From: Phoronis australis
Taxonomy: Eukaryota > Animalia > Phoronida
Length of the DNA stretch: 64,000 bases
Assembly (NCBI GenBank): GCA_002633005.1
Contig: NMRA01000312.1
Coordinates: forward strand, 205,850-269,849
Reading direction: 5' to 3'
Under the pieces are notes generated by a model that saw only the letters and a list, made by a program, of their open reading frames with translations, searched no databases and had not been told where the DNA came from. Every line of letters begins with the position of its first letter. The first letter of the stretch is position 1. Shown piece after piece: positions 13,179 through 27,400 of the stretch. The translations under genes were made by a program, and so were the position numbers.

Positions 13179-14782
13179 AGGTCATTTATTAGAGTTGGTA
13201 ACTTTAGAAGGAGCTCGTCGCACGATATATTCCACGTCTCTCGTCTTTATTATTATTGTAGTCGGTGGTCAGAAAATGCGCATCATAAGAATACTGATTT
13301 CGCACCATGACCAAATATTTTATATTCACAGAATTGAGCCTATGCTGTTATACAGTTATTTGTGCACTGATAGTACGAGTTAAAACCTCCCTTTCCCAAT
13401 CATCTTACATAACCCTTGCACACAACTTTCATGCGAACCTAACACGCTCAGCTAGGTTTTGGTTCACGGTTGAATCGCATGCATTATTTAGTAGACACTC
13501 GGCTCAGCTCTGGCTGACCGGCTGTCTGGTTCGCTGTTTAATTTCTGGGTGAGCTAATCACGCAAAGCGCAAACGACTAACTCTGTATAGTTGTATTCCG
13601 TAAATAGAAACGACGAAACTGTAGTAGAAACGTAATTGAAAACTTAGCTTCCACCATGTCTTTCTCCGCAGCTCTAAGGAGAAATTCAAAGTTAAAAACT
13701 GCTAGCTCACATAAATCATTTCTAAATTGAACCCAGCCGTAATTCGAAATCGATTTCATATCACGTCATAGAGGTCTGCACAACGAGGGCTAGTATGCGT
13801 AATATGGAAAATGCTAGGCGCCTTTTCCGACTGATGCTTTTCGGAGTTAGTAATTAAAACTTTACCATTTACAGTTCTTGATGGATGGGGATTTTTTCAT
13901 CAATCTTTATTACTGTAAATACTAGGCTTAGAAAAAACAACCATTTTACCGTTGTATGTTCAACACCCACAACTCATTTTCGCTAATAATCAATTTTACA
14001 TGCTCTTAACACACAGACATACTTCTACTGATCATGTCACAAAATGCCACTGTGGTTAGGAAGCAGGTTCATAGATTATGCTCATACCGTCATGGCTGAT
14101 ACTCCGGCGAACAGCCAATACACGCTCACACTGTGGAACCATAGATACCCTATGCACTTAGTTGTAGGTGTAAACGTTCAAACCGTACTCGCGACTAGTT
14201 TGCTGAGCCAGCATAGAATCAAAAAAGCTGCATTTTGTCCTGGTGTTTAGCTTGCTAAAAGAGAAAATAGAACTAGGTCTTATAATCTCTTAAAATCGGT
14301 CTCGTTCTATTCTTTACCGTGATAACATTATCCGTTACCAACTCAAGTCTCCAGCACAGAGGATACGAGCCATTTTCAAAATTGCGATTTTAGCGGTGTT
14401 GGCTAACTCCAATAAACTCCAAAGCGTTTTCGTTAGTCGCTGATGGTTCGGTAAATGTTGATATCGGAAGTGGAATCTTTTCACGGTAAGGAATGTTATG
14501 AGACTGGTTTTATGAGAGTAAGGTATAAGTCCTAACTTGATGTTCGTTTTTAGCCTGCTAAACACTGAGGGGAAGTGCAGCTTTAAATTTGTCATTTCAG
14601 TTGCATGTTGGTATTTTATTGAGGCCATACCTTGCGTTACAATTTCCGTACACGTGACTCCACCGGAAAATTATATGGCTGAGAAATGTAGGCAGCATCA
14701 CAAAATGTCAACGTTGCAACTCAGCAGGAGGTCTGGACAGTCTACGTGTGAATAAAAGCGTTGTCTGTGCGTCATATGATAC

Positions 14783-15105
14783 CAGTGGCGGATCTAGAAA
14801 ACCATATGCATAAGGGGGGAGTCCGACATGCTGCCTCAGGGAATTGGGTAAAGCGCGGTCATATGTGTACTGGCGCTCCTAAAGCTGGCGGGAGCTCGGA
14901 GTATGTACCTTCTGTTCGGAAAGTCTGTGGACTAAAAAATAAAAAACGGGAACGCGAGCGCCCCGCCACCTGGGCTCCGAGCCCCCCCCCCCTTCTCCAC
15001 TACCGGTCCTAGTTATTTTTCCTCACGCTTCTTGCTGTTGCTGTTTCATTTTGCTTGTGGCAGCCAAGGGGGGGGGGCCCTTGGCCTCCCTTACATCCGC
15101 CTATG
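14783..15105. mobile_element. hAT-like MITE with 5-bp TSD GATAC
   Basis: GATAC|cagtggcggatct ... acatccgcctatg|GATAC, with G/C-run subterminal motifs. Confidence 0.75.
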
Positions 15106-16457
15106 GATACTGTACTCGAAAGAGAAATCTGATGTAAAAATTTAAGGAAAGGCATTGCTATAAGACTTCTCAATAATCTTGGCCTGAGCAATGTCACCAG
15201 GCACGGATCCAGGCTCATGGCCAGAGGGGTCTGACAATGACTGAGCAGACATGGAGCACGTGATATTGATTTATTACTGCATTCAGTTACAGAGCTAAAT
15301 GAAGTTTGATTTCAGTCACCGTGCGTTCTTACCTGGCCTTAGTACATTTTGATTCTAAAGAGCTGGCGTTGAGTATGTATATAAAAATACTAGTCCTTAT
15401 CAATGGTTTCTGCGTGGGTAGGCCTACCCTACGGAAAATGTTAAAATATGTCATCTCTTTCTACTAAGCGTTAAGCTGGCATATGCAACAACGTATATGT
15501 AGGCTTATATGCGGGACCAGGATTTGGCGAAGGGATGGTTTACTTGGAATTGTTTGTCGAAGAATACCTGTTCCCTCTTTGGTCGTCACCTTATACTATT
15601 TATATTCTACATACTTTCAAGGATCCACGATTAAAAAGTAGCAATATAGTGGTTCCTATAATTTTCACCAACTGAAATTGATGTATTGCGATCCTCTCTG
15701 ATGCAACCACGATTAGCTTGTATTCTGAGTTTAGGATTAATTCTGAAATATAGGCTAAAAGTCTGATCTCATTGGCCCCGTGTTCTTTATACGACTAATT
15801 TGTTATTCCAATCGGTTTACTAAAAAGCCTGCTTTTAATTACTGAAACGAGACACGCCTAAGGCCGAGGAATTATTTGTACATGCTCTTCACAATCTCCT
15901 AGAAAATGTTGAATAGGTCAAGCCATTAAACTTAATTAGCACATCGGCGAGCCGGTATGGAGTGTCTACATTTAATGGTACTATGGGATGCTTGGGAGCC
16001 ATGGGCAAAACTTCCTTAATCAATGTGCATTACGACTGTGGTAGGTCTAATTGCGTTGGCAGGGACTCGTTATTCTTCATTGTGAAATCTTTAAAGACAA
16101 GCGAGTGGCAGCCATCCATAGGGCATTTCACGAAAAGGCGTTCGATCGTATCGATCACGTAACCCGAAGTCTCTTCGTCGCAGGGGCGAAACCTATATCA
16201 GGAGTGTGCGAGTGTAACACAGCCCCAGAAATTGCTGATCTGTACGGTTAGTGGGTACTTTTAGCAAATAGGAACGGACATAATAACAAAAAACAACGCT
16301 TTGACGATGATGGAAAATTTGATTCGATGGCCATTTTAGCACGGATAGCGAGAGAAGATTGATGTCAATAGCAGGAGGGAGGAGCGTGATAACCAACAGG
16401 AAGCAGAGTTTGCAGAGCAACGGTCTTCTCACACGTGCCCATTTCAATGCATTCCAT

Positions 16458-16575
16458 TTGCCTTTGCCTGTCTCTGCAGGGAGGGGGGGGGGGTATTTAG
16501 GGTCTCCGAGGTAGACTGCATGCCTTTGCCTGTCTCTGCAGGGGGATATTTAGGGTCTTCGAGGTAGACTGCATT
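16458..16575. repeat. Local tandem duplication, 2 copies of ~55-63 bp
   Basis: tgcctttgcctgtctctgcagggg...tatttagggtctycgaggtagactgcat occurs twice; the copies differ in poly-G length. Confidence 0.85.
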
Positions 16576-16919
16576 GCATAGGAATTAAACTGCTGTGTAT
16601 CGACTAAGTGCAAAAGGGCTATGTACTACACAGTTGATTAAAAGAGCTATTTACTACTTCCGGAAATTATCAGGAATTTGAAAACGTAGTAGCCCTTACT
16701 CCCTCGTTTGAGGGGTCGAACAGTTGCTGACAAATTACAATGACTAACAAATATTGGTATCAACTAAAGCTGCAAATTATTCTCTGCGGAAGAGGACACT
16801 GAACACACTTTTTGTGACTTCACCCAAAGGCTCTGCTACACCTATTATGCATGATTAGGCTTCACCTGAGACATAATAGCATTACTCAGTTTAGTAACAT
16901 TTTAAGATGTAACAACCTC

Positions 16920-17183
16920 CTTCTTGCCGTTGCATGCGCATATAGCTGCACGTGACTTTCTCCGTACAAGCACGTCATATGCGAATTCCTCTTTTATTCA
17001 AACGAAGGTAGAGTTCATTTGCTATACGGTTGAATAGTTCAGAGTGTTGTTCGCTCATTTGTTCAGTATTGATTTTTTTCCTTGAAATGAAGCACCTTAA
17101 GTAAGACTTAAACTTCGTACGTTATTTAATTTATTCATTGCATGGATAGCTATGACGTATAGAAGAAGGGGAATCGGGTAAGT
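16920..17183 (+). promoter_or_regulatory. Candidate promoter and non-coding first exon of Shaw
   Basis: Clustered tgcatgcgca (NRF1-like), cacgtg E-box and cacgtca/tgacgta (CRE-like) motifs, followed by a strong donor CGG|GTAAGT at 17178. Inference only. Confidence 0.25.
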
Positions 17184-20100
17184 AAGCCGTAGCGCGGCTT
17201 GATAATGAAGGTTGGTAGACGGTCCTTGTCGTTATTTTACCGCTATGTGAACAGGTGCTGTGAATGAACGAGGTTTGGTAATTGAAAGGCATTTGCGGAT
17301 CGACAGATTGGTCGAGTCTGTTTTAGATAAAATTTCGCAAGCATGCAAGGTGCACGCTTGATGTCAACGAAACACTGAGCATAAACAGTTGCGTGGTGAA
17401 AAAGTCTCTATATATGTAGACCTCAGCAACGCTGCCTCATTGATACGACTCCTCGTCAGATGCAGAATGGTTGCTGGCTGAGTAGTGTAATGAATGACGA
17501 GAAGAGAATTAATCCTCAGTCTTGGTGTGGTTTTGTTTCGGAGAACCTCGGATGAGTTGCCTCGTTTCTCTCCGATGACAACCTCAATACTTAAGATTGG
17601 CTCCATTATTGAGCCGAAAAACGGTTTAGGGAGCCTCCAAGTGCTAACATGCAGCGGCCAGTAGTGTTTGAAAAAACTCCTTCATGACAAGGTTAAATGC
17701 CTCGTGCAAGAATTATGAAGTGCTGGGATTGCAACAGTGCTGCTGATGTTACATGTACGATTAATATTCTTATCTTAATCAGATTCTTTTTTAATGTTTC
17801 ATAATCCGAATATGCAACCGGCCCAGCGAGCCTGATGGCTGTGGATATTTACTTGCAATTAACATTTAATTTACTATTTTTGTTACCCAAGATTGCCCGG
17901 TACTCCCAGAATTTTGATGACGACAAAGTAATCAAGTACCGAGAGCCAGCAGTAGTTTTGTTCAACTTTGTGAACATTATAATGTTATAAGGCAATGGTT
18001 GAAATTGGACGCTGGAAAATTCTCACCTCAGAACACCCTCAATAGCGTCACGAACACCAATTTTGTTTTCGATTTGAAAAGTTACAAGTTTCCAATGTGT
18101 AGGATTAGTATTCTAATGCGGTTAGTCAAGACACCTTAGTTTTCAACAGCCACGTAAACGAATATGATTTATGCAGTGGTGTTTTTTTCCAGTAGAAAGG
18201 AATGTAAACACCAATAATTTGTAATAAGAATTAGGATACCGACGTAGTTGGTTTAAGTTCCGAACTGTGTTAGGGAGTGGAGGTGAACTTTTATGTTCAC
18301 CATGTGTTGAGATAAAACGAGGATGACTTGTCATTTTTATTCTTCTTTTCGAAAGTTCATGTTTGCGTGTTTCTCTTGCTTGTATTTGTCCGGTTAGTAG
18401 TCGTATGATAAAACACACATGCTAATGCAGATTCATATCGTAAACAAAATTTTGGAATTGATTTATCGTGGTCCGTGGTTTGATGTTTCACTCGAAGGAA
18501 ACTAGGAAGGGAGTGGTACGAAAGAAAAATACAGTTTGAGGGAGGAATTTGGACACGGGGCCAAACGAAATAATGTCCTTGATAAAAGAACGTTGATGGT
18601 GAGAGGGTATGGTAGACAAGGAATTAAAGGAAACGCACTCAAGAATAGACAATTCGTTGTAATTTGTTTGTTACCTATGTTCCATCGAGTCCATTTCCAG
18701 ACTTTCATTTGCGTCATTTTTACCGCCAGCCAGGGGCAGAACCCCCGTCGAGAATATCGTGTTAATAATTCACATGCATCGCAAATCTGGGTTTACACTT
18801 GTAAACAAGTACTTTTAAAACCGCACTGTTCTCATTTGCAGAAGTGTTCTTGGCTATCTCATCTGAGCTTAATTCTACTCAAGTGCTCTATGCCGGGTTT
18901 ATTGTCCTTTTTTCCCTAACTCAGACACGCTTTGAACAAATTTGATACTTCTCCAGAGTGTTCGTTTTTGACACGAGTTAAGTGTGTAATGACAAGTTTT
19001 TAGGCTTACGTAACAATGCATGGACCTTAAATTTTCAAATGTTCTCCTTTGTCAAAAAATACAAATGAGTGTTGCATTAAAACCTGAAAGTAGAGATTTT
19101 GCTGATTTCTATTCTGGAATCAATTTTCCCTAAATTGATTAATGAACACAACAACGTTAATGTTTTGTACGAAATAATTAAAGATAAACAAAAGGAAATC
19201 GCCAATACACAGCTAATACTGTCTGTTGTGACGTCAGGCGGCGGCAAAAAGCGCGAGCACATTACTAGGGAACAAAAGGTACCCAACACAAACAGGTTTT
19301 AACAAGGAAATCTCTTTTGCCGTACTGTGTGGCGCAGTTCAAGCTTGAAAATCACACACGATTAGCTTTGAGTCATTGCTCAAGCGAATAGACAATTGAA
19401 TTTTTATATCATATGAATTTGTATATTATGCGGACGCGTGAAGTTGGTTATATAAATTAGCTCGCTTAGCACTGCAGATTCATCGATAAATAGCATAAAG
19501 AAAATGGTTGTGGCATATTTGCTTAATAACATCGTTTTGAAGATTTCTATGGCTGGGTTATTGATCGCTGTACCTGTTAAAACCCGGTGTCGTGCGTAGT
19601 ATTAAGTCGACGTTTAAAGCGCATGGAGGTAAGGATTTTCTGTGCAGAGCGTAGAAGCTTTTCACGGTGATAGCAAACAGGGACGAGCACTTTTTGTCAT
19701 AGTGTAAATAAGCTCTATATTGAACAGACGCTTTTTACTGTATTCACCTTTACCACGTACCTAAACCATGAATAAGAAAAACAGACTCGAGAATGCACGT
19801 GTGTTTTTACACATGTAAACTACAACTATGACATTCGTCCAATTGAACGAGATCGATTATTTCGCCTTCAACGGCAATTTAACGCCATGGCATTTAAATG
19901 AAGCAGCTACCAGTTGAACTTTTTGTAAGAAGCAGATGAACTACGTAATGCTAAAATGCTAATCACGCATTTTCTACGTATCGAATTCGGCCGCAATTAG
20001 CTATTTAATGCCGACTTTACCTACAAGAATAGTCTTCATCTCTAAGGACGTTTCGTGAAATTTATGTATTTCGTTTTCGAATTCTGGCGGGTAAGCGCAT

Positions 20101-21369
20101 TGAGACTTTACCTGTATTATTCCATGTTGTTAGACATTTGCTTATTTGTCTTGAAGATGTCAAGTTTTTCTAATTTGACTGAATGAGCTCGAGTTAGAGC
20201 CTCTTTGTAGCCAAACTTTGCTTTAAAGAGAATATTTTCAGTAGTTGTAAATTATATATTGGTGTAAGCTACTGAAAGTGAAACCGAAGAAATTGTCCCT
20301 AGAATTACCTCTCCAACTAAAATCATTTAGGAGCTCCAGCTGTTTTTGTCCTGTGCTTGATTAATTTTCGAAGCCAAGTAACTGTATGAACCAGGTCGCA
20401 TGATACCTGTCATTTGAATATGCCGTTTGTTCAGCTGGACCAGATAACAATGACAAAAATTGGTATAAATGGTTAACAATGTGGCCTCTTTGATAGCATT
20501 CGAAATATTTGTATTTGTATTTTTTCTGTCGTATTCTTGCTCCCGATGAATGTGCGGTTATTTCTTACAATTGTATTCGAGTAAGGCAACAAATAATATC
20601 TTTGAGAGAATTCGTTTATGCCAAGAAATTTGATATTGCCTGATGTTATGAACGACATATTACCTGTTATTATCTATAACGTTAGGTTCGACACAGTTTC
20701 TCCGTCATCGGCTCTCTCTTGGGGATCATAAACAATTAGTTGACCTGCGTCCTGGTGTTACATCTCCCCTGGGGGTAAGACGTCTTTAGTTAACGAGTGC
20801 TCTGTCATTATACTACCTGCAGTGCAACACAGCTTCCATGAAAAGTGTTATGGTTATCACATGACTCTTTAGAAGCGTTATTTTGATAACATTTATTCTT
20901 TGCTCTAAACTTATGGCCTATGGTCGTTTAAAACGATGAAAATGACAATCAAGTACTGGTTTTATCTTTCACATATAGCTAGTGTATTAGCCTGAAATTT
21001 TACTCCGTACACAACTTTCTTCTATGTAACTAACTTCTTGATATTTAATTTCAACGAAATTTCGGTTGGGTGGTAATGCGACAACGCAGACTACGTGAGA
21101 GTATAACCTGTGAGTGAAGTTTTGAAGAGAAGCAACTGGTTTTAAGGGCGAGAAACGCGTTTAGGTGTTAATTATGGAATTCATGGGTAGGCAGACTTCT
21201 TGAAGCTATTAACATTGACCATACCTATAAAACAATAACACCCGTTATGTTTTCTACGACTCTATTAGAATTCCAGACTCCCCACAAAGGCTTCCAGTCA
21301 CAGCTAACTGAATTTGGGCCACTGAACTCATCAGCTAGTGTAAAATAGTAAAAATAACTGTCTCTGTCC

Positions 21370-22175
21370 CACTAGACCATCAGCCCAGATTTACACGGTT
21401 TGGGTTCATGAATTGACCTCGCTGCGCAGAAAGAATAAAAGAAACTAGTGTGAAACCGCTCATCCCACACCGTTTCACAATGTAACTCTGGCATGCATTT
21501 ATCCGCACCCGTTCCAAACGCCGTAACTCCATTTAAGAGTCTATTAAATGCAAGCCGGTACATGCTTGCAGCTCACTGTAATGTATTACTGCAATACATT
21601 ATACACCGTAACACTCTTCAACGAGCCCCGGCTACATGCATGTTACAGTGGGCTCCAGGATCAAGTCGATTTTAACTCTTGTTGCCAAGATTTTCGCTTA
21701 CATTCAGCTTCGAGACTAGCGGCAATAATCTGTATTTCGCGCCGAATTTACAAAATGGCCGCCTCAGATGAAAGTACAGCTGTCTCAGAACTCTCAGGTC
21801 TCGCGACTTCACACTTGTTCTCGTTGCTCAGAGAAAAGGCCTTCTCATTGTGGGCTTGTTGAAGAGTGTTACAGTGTATAAAGTATTTGTAGCAGTATAT
21901 TACAGTGAATTACAAGCATGTAACGGCTTGTATTTAATAGACTCTTGAATGGAGTTACGGCGTTTAGAACGAGTGCACATTTATAGATTTTTACGACTGC
22001 CGCTCGGTGCATTTGTTTCACATGGGCTACGAGGTCGAGCCGTGTATCCGGCTAAGGTCAACAAGAGCTGTTATAGGTCTACTCCGGCCGGTTGCGACTT
22101 AGACGAAACGGAATACGTGTGTGGCTCTAATCAAAGCCGGTGTAAAACGCCAAGGGCTGATCTCCTGAGCCAGTG
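21370..22175. mobile_element. Foldback / long-TIR element with CACT...AGTG termini (CMC/EnSpm-like)
   Basis: 21523-21628 is a clear inverted match of about 21851-21960. The arms extend imperfectly to cactag (21370) and ccagtg (22175). Confidence 0.75.
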
Positions 22176-24315
22176 TATGTGAGAAAAAGAGGCGATGGCG
22201 GAAGGATATTGAGCAGTAACCCTCACCCCCAAAATAAGTATTTAGCTGGAATGAAATTCATTTTGAGCGTTGAATTGCAGTGTGAGATGGTGAGTTGAAC
22301 ATGTCCAGCAATGTCGAGGGTGCTCGTGTAGACAGCCATGTTGATTTGCATTCCACTCTCGTCTTCCATAAACGGATTATCAATTTTCATGATTATTTTG
22401 GTTGATTTTAACCGTAAACTTAAAACACTTTTCAAAAGGCTTGTAATCGTGTCTTCAGTTTTTGTAACCGATTGAATTCCTCGCTGAGTCTCAAAAAATT
22501 CAAACGATCTCGGATTAACTTCAAAACGCCCTTTCCTAAGTTGCCAAAGCCGCTAAAAACCCAATAACTTGTGAAAAACAGTAGCTAATCTATGCATTTT
22601 GGGGAGGTGTAAGTTTTACCAGAGAACTGCGTTTTCAGACATCATGTCTAAACCTTAAAAATACTTACATGCCGCGCAAAGCGATGTCAGCTTTGAGGTA
22701 AAAACAATTCAGCATTTGACCAGCTCAAACATAATGGTGGAGTTCTAGAGACATCTGGTGGCAGATCTACTCTCCGTTTGTTTCATTGTTTCGGAATGTG
22801 AAAAATTAAATTTCATCGTTTTCATGGTTGACAATAGGCGAGTCAACCACGTTAGTTAACCAGAAGTGTAATGAAGAGAGTTATCTATATAGTAACATGT
22901 AGACTTCAGTTAGGCGATCAATATCCAAGTTAAAACACACCAGCATGTTTGCGTGCATCGGGAATGCAACCATGAACATTCTTGTTCAACACTGTAATAC
23001 TTCTTCTGAAGATTGACTTCTTGTTTGTATAGGATAATGTCTTGAACCTCTTACGGAACTGGCATCTACGTCTGACCAAGAACCGTGATCGTTTTGAATT
23101 CTACAGATTGAAATCGCGGTGCAACCGGTGGCTAGAAAAATCGTATCGATCGCTAAATAACAGACGAGCCGGATCTCAATATTACATCGCATATCGCTCA
23201 ACACCAGTCATTCTGTAGTAAACATTGGTAGTTTGTTTTCCAATCGAATTATTGTGTTGAAGACCTTAACATTTGGAACTGAATAACATTTCGTGTTTTT
23301 AGGAGTAAACACTTGAATTGTATATTAAATGCATGCAGAGAAGTCGGTGTGCAACCCGTGTGTATTAATTGACTAATTTTGACTTTTTTTGACAATTGGC
23401 ACGAAAAGGGAATTTCTAAATCAAATCTTGGAGATTCATTCCATATGCAATCCTTTTCTTTCTATCATTCTTAAAACGACCACTTTGCAAGGAATTAAAC
23501 TGGAAGAGGCCCCCTTTCGTGAGCAATCAAGATCTGGTCGCGAAAAGAGCACCCGAGCGGCACTTACCGTGTGCACGTTCTACGGGAATACCATGTATTC
23601 TTTCAGGAGTGAATTCTTAGGCAGCGGTCTACCGCTATGACGTACGTACGTGTGACAATTAAATCACGAGTTAGAGACTATAAACCTGTGTTCCGTCAAG
23701 AAAGCGAACTTTTGATTTAGACCAGTTAACAATAAAAATTGTCTTGACGTGTCCCTTACTAAGGTGAGAAGCGATTTCTGGGTTAGCGGCAAAGAACTAT
23801 AGCAAATCTTTAATCATTCAGGCCATGCTCGGCGTTTAAAATGAGACGCCGTGACAAGCCAACTAGTAGTGCACGAGACCACGGTTCTGTCGAAGCCTTG
23901 AAGTCATATTTGACTAAGCCCCCGATGGTGTGCCGTCCATGCTAAGGCACAGTTTAATGCCAATTTCATCATGGTATGTGGTGTAAATCAAATGTGGGTT
24001 TTTATGATGGAACACAGATTTATAGGCGCTTTAAATAATATATGATGTTGTTCGATTATTCACTGTTGATCGGATAGGGTAACAGCACACTGCATGTGTT
24101 AAGAATTACTACCGAATTGTTTACTTTTCAGCGGATATTGATATCGTCTAATGGATGGTGTTTATGTTTACACCTTTCGAAAATGTGCACTAAATTAGCG
24201 ATTCACTTGGGAGAATGGCAATATTTCACAAAAGAAATCCCACGAGTATGCATCGAATTTTTGTTGTGATAAACGCTATTACTTATAAAGTACATTTCTG
24301 AAAAGTTGTTTATGA

Positions 24316-24458
24316 CATGAGCGGCACGGCATTGAAAAAGAGGGGGACTATAGACCCCCAGCCCCCCTGTGGTGCGCCGCCCATAAACCATGTGCGGCGC
24401 ACCACCGAAAAAAGTGGGGAGACTATAGCCCCCAGCCCCCTATGGTGCGCCGCCCATG
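24316..24458 (-). mobile_element. CATGGGCGGCGC MITE with 5-bp TSD TATGA
   Basis: TATGA|catgagcggcacggca ... ggtgcgccgcccatg|TATGA. It has an internal dimer structure and belongs to the same family as 57037-57177. Confidence 0.8.
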
Positions 24459-27400
24459 TATGAACCCGCCTTCCGTCAAAAACAAGTTTTGGATTAGTCA
24501 ACTAAGTGTCATACAACTGTCTGTTGATTCTAATTCCAAGTTAAACAGTTGTATTTAGAAAATGATTATCTTCCACTCATTGTTTGTGTAAAGTTTTACA
24601 TGACTTCACTGTGTAAACTAATTTACTTTTTGAGTATTAAAATGTGGTGGACCTGTACAATGCGCGTATGCAATGCTTAGTCAGAGAGTTAGGTTATGTA
24701 GGACCCTAGAAAAATGTCCAGTTGGGAACAGCACAGCTCAGAAATGTCGAACGGATTCCTCACTAATTCAGCCACTTGGCTTCATACAGTCTTCTATGAA
24801 TTGCTGCTGAATTATTTTTTAAAATGTTCCGCTTTTGTATGAAAGGTAATTAAAAAGTTGAAGTCGTATATTAAAACGAAAAAGAAATGATATTTTAGAC
24901 AACTGTAACAGCATTTTTGAGATCACGACGATTACAGCAAATGTTTCTGATAACCGTTATTTTGCTATCAGTGGACCTTTCTTTTGCTAAATTTTACTAA
25001 AATAGAACCCAATTATTAACAGATTGGTAAATAGTCAACAATCAAATTCCATGCTTTTTTGATTCAGAAAACACAAACTTTTGTTAAAATCTATAGTTTA
25101 GTAGATAGTTGGCTTACTACTCCGACTAGCCAATGAAGTCCAACATAACCTGAAATGAAAGCCTCTGAAGGACTCCTTCTCTGTATAAACTGTATCAGGT
25201 GTTAAGGAAACCTTATACCTCAGGTGTACAATAGGTAAACTGTACACGCCAAAAGTGGAACAACTAGTGTATTGCGGACTAGTATGCATAGAGCACCAAT
25301 AATAACATACATAAAAACTGGTTTCAAGCTGTTCCTAATGTAGGTGAAAAGTAAGGCCAGTGCTCCTGAAGAAGTGTGAGATCGTCATCGCTCAAGATTA
25401 TACTCAGTAAGGTAATTTGACACGGCGTGTCATTTTATGCGCAGAGCGTGGGCCAGGCAAGTAACAGGTTTTCTGAGTAAAGAACAAATTGATGCCAAGT
25501 TTTATTTGTATAGTTAAATGGTCTAAATAAAAAAGTTGTTTAGGAAGGTGAATTTTAAACCGCTTTTAGTCATGGTGTGAAGCGTGTTTCCATTCCGATG
25601 TCGCTCATACCCATCTTGTTTGTTGAAGAACTTCTCGATCGTATTATTCTGTAAAAAATGCATGGAAACATCTTGATTTATAAATCTAGACCTTTCAAAT
25701 TTTGAATACTGTTTCTTTCCGAGATACCACCCTCACTTGAGAGCTTAGGTAACGAATAATAAAGGAATTGAGCAGGCAATCTCGGGGGATTTGTAACGTG
25801 TACTAGAGGAGCAGAATTACACACGCAACCTTTATAAAACAAATCAAGGAATTAAGCTGTTAGCCAAATTATTTATTCTCGGCAAGAAAAATGCTGCTCA
25901 ATGAAACATCAGTGTAATTATTTTATCTCGTCAAAACCGTGGTGCTGGTTCAGAGTATTAGTTGGTCTAAACTGAAATCAACGAGCATTTAATTGACATC
26001 AAAATCTAAAAAATATTCCGAGATCAATTGATGCTGACGTCATCAGCTGAACTTTTCTTGGCAGTGTATCTCATTCGCCAGCCATTTTGTTGTGCAACTT
26101 ATGAAGACGATAAAGTTGAATTCTTCCAAGTATCAAATACCGATTATCAAATGCAAGTTTATCGTAGAGCTGTATTTTTAGCGTAATTATTTTTTGTGAT
26201 AATTGGGTAGCGCAGGAACACACACCGTTGGGTATTCGTGGTTTCAAAGAAACGAGGACGCATTAACTCTTTCTTTACAAACTCTGCATGTCGCAATTAT
26301 CATTGACACAGAATGCAAATTCTTTTGTACCCCAGATACTAGAAAGTTTTATAAGACAGAGACTGTCTTCAGAGAGTTAGTTGTATTGCCACTGGATCAA
26401 GGCTCAACAAAACGTCTTTATGCTGTTGTCTTTGTTCTACCGATCAATGTGCTCAATTACGAATAGTTTCTGACAAGGATCTCCCCGTATTAAAAAAATA
26501 TCACATTGAATTATTCCTGGATGTACTGGGAACGCATTCTTTATTGAAAATAGTGCTCGTCCTTCGAGAATGTTTCGTGTTAGTGACTTTTAAAAGATTT
26601 GATTTTTTATAAGTTGTCAACATCGGTCCTGGCGTCCTCGTCATGTCTGAGTTTTGAATGGGAAGTTTTGTTCCACAATCTAAACGTTGGTGCAATACGA
26701 ATTTTTACACATGGAAAGTTTCGGGCTTGAAACACCGATTGTAACAATCAAACCCGAGTCACATTTAGCACCGGAAGTTAAGTGAGCGGTTAAAAATAAA
26801 AAAGTGTATGCAAGGGTGTTTGTATCAGTATCTTGGAATAGCCGCGAAATGCTAACGCCTGCACGTGATCAAAGATTGACATAGGAAACTCACTGCGTCA
26901 CTTCCGACATGGAAATGTTCATCGTGAACATGTTTGCTGCGAAGCAAACACAAAGTGGAAACAGGTGGAAGCGGAAATAAATATAGGAAAACACAAACTT
27001 TCGTGTTCACAATTGAAAGCTATGTAGCCAGATAACTCAAAGCTGTTTTGTACATTGAGTACTTGATAGCCTACTCCATGAAACAAAGGTGTACACCTTG
27101 CTTTAGGCTTGAGAGGACGTGTCAAATGTACTTGAAAGGTCTATAAACGTGTGTACTGAAATCAATTATTGCTATTGTAATAGTATAGCTTTTACATACG
27201 AAATGTAGTTTAGTATCTGCTGTGGTGGTCGAGAGTTTAATATCTGCCTGTCGAGGCTATTAGAGGAAATAAATCAATTTAATCTAACCTTTAATCCGAC
27301 ATTAAACGCGCGAAGTGGATCCGTGCTTAAGCTTTGCATTGTGCTGCTGCTCATCTTGGGTGGTGAGTTTTGTATCCATGTATTAAACAGGCGTTATGTA

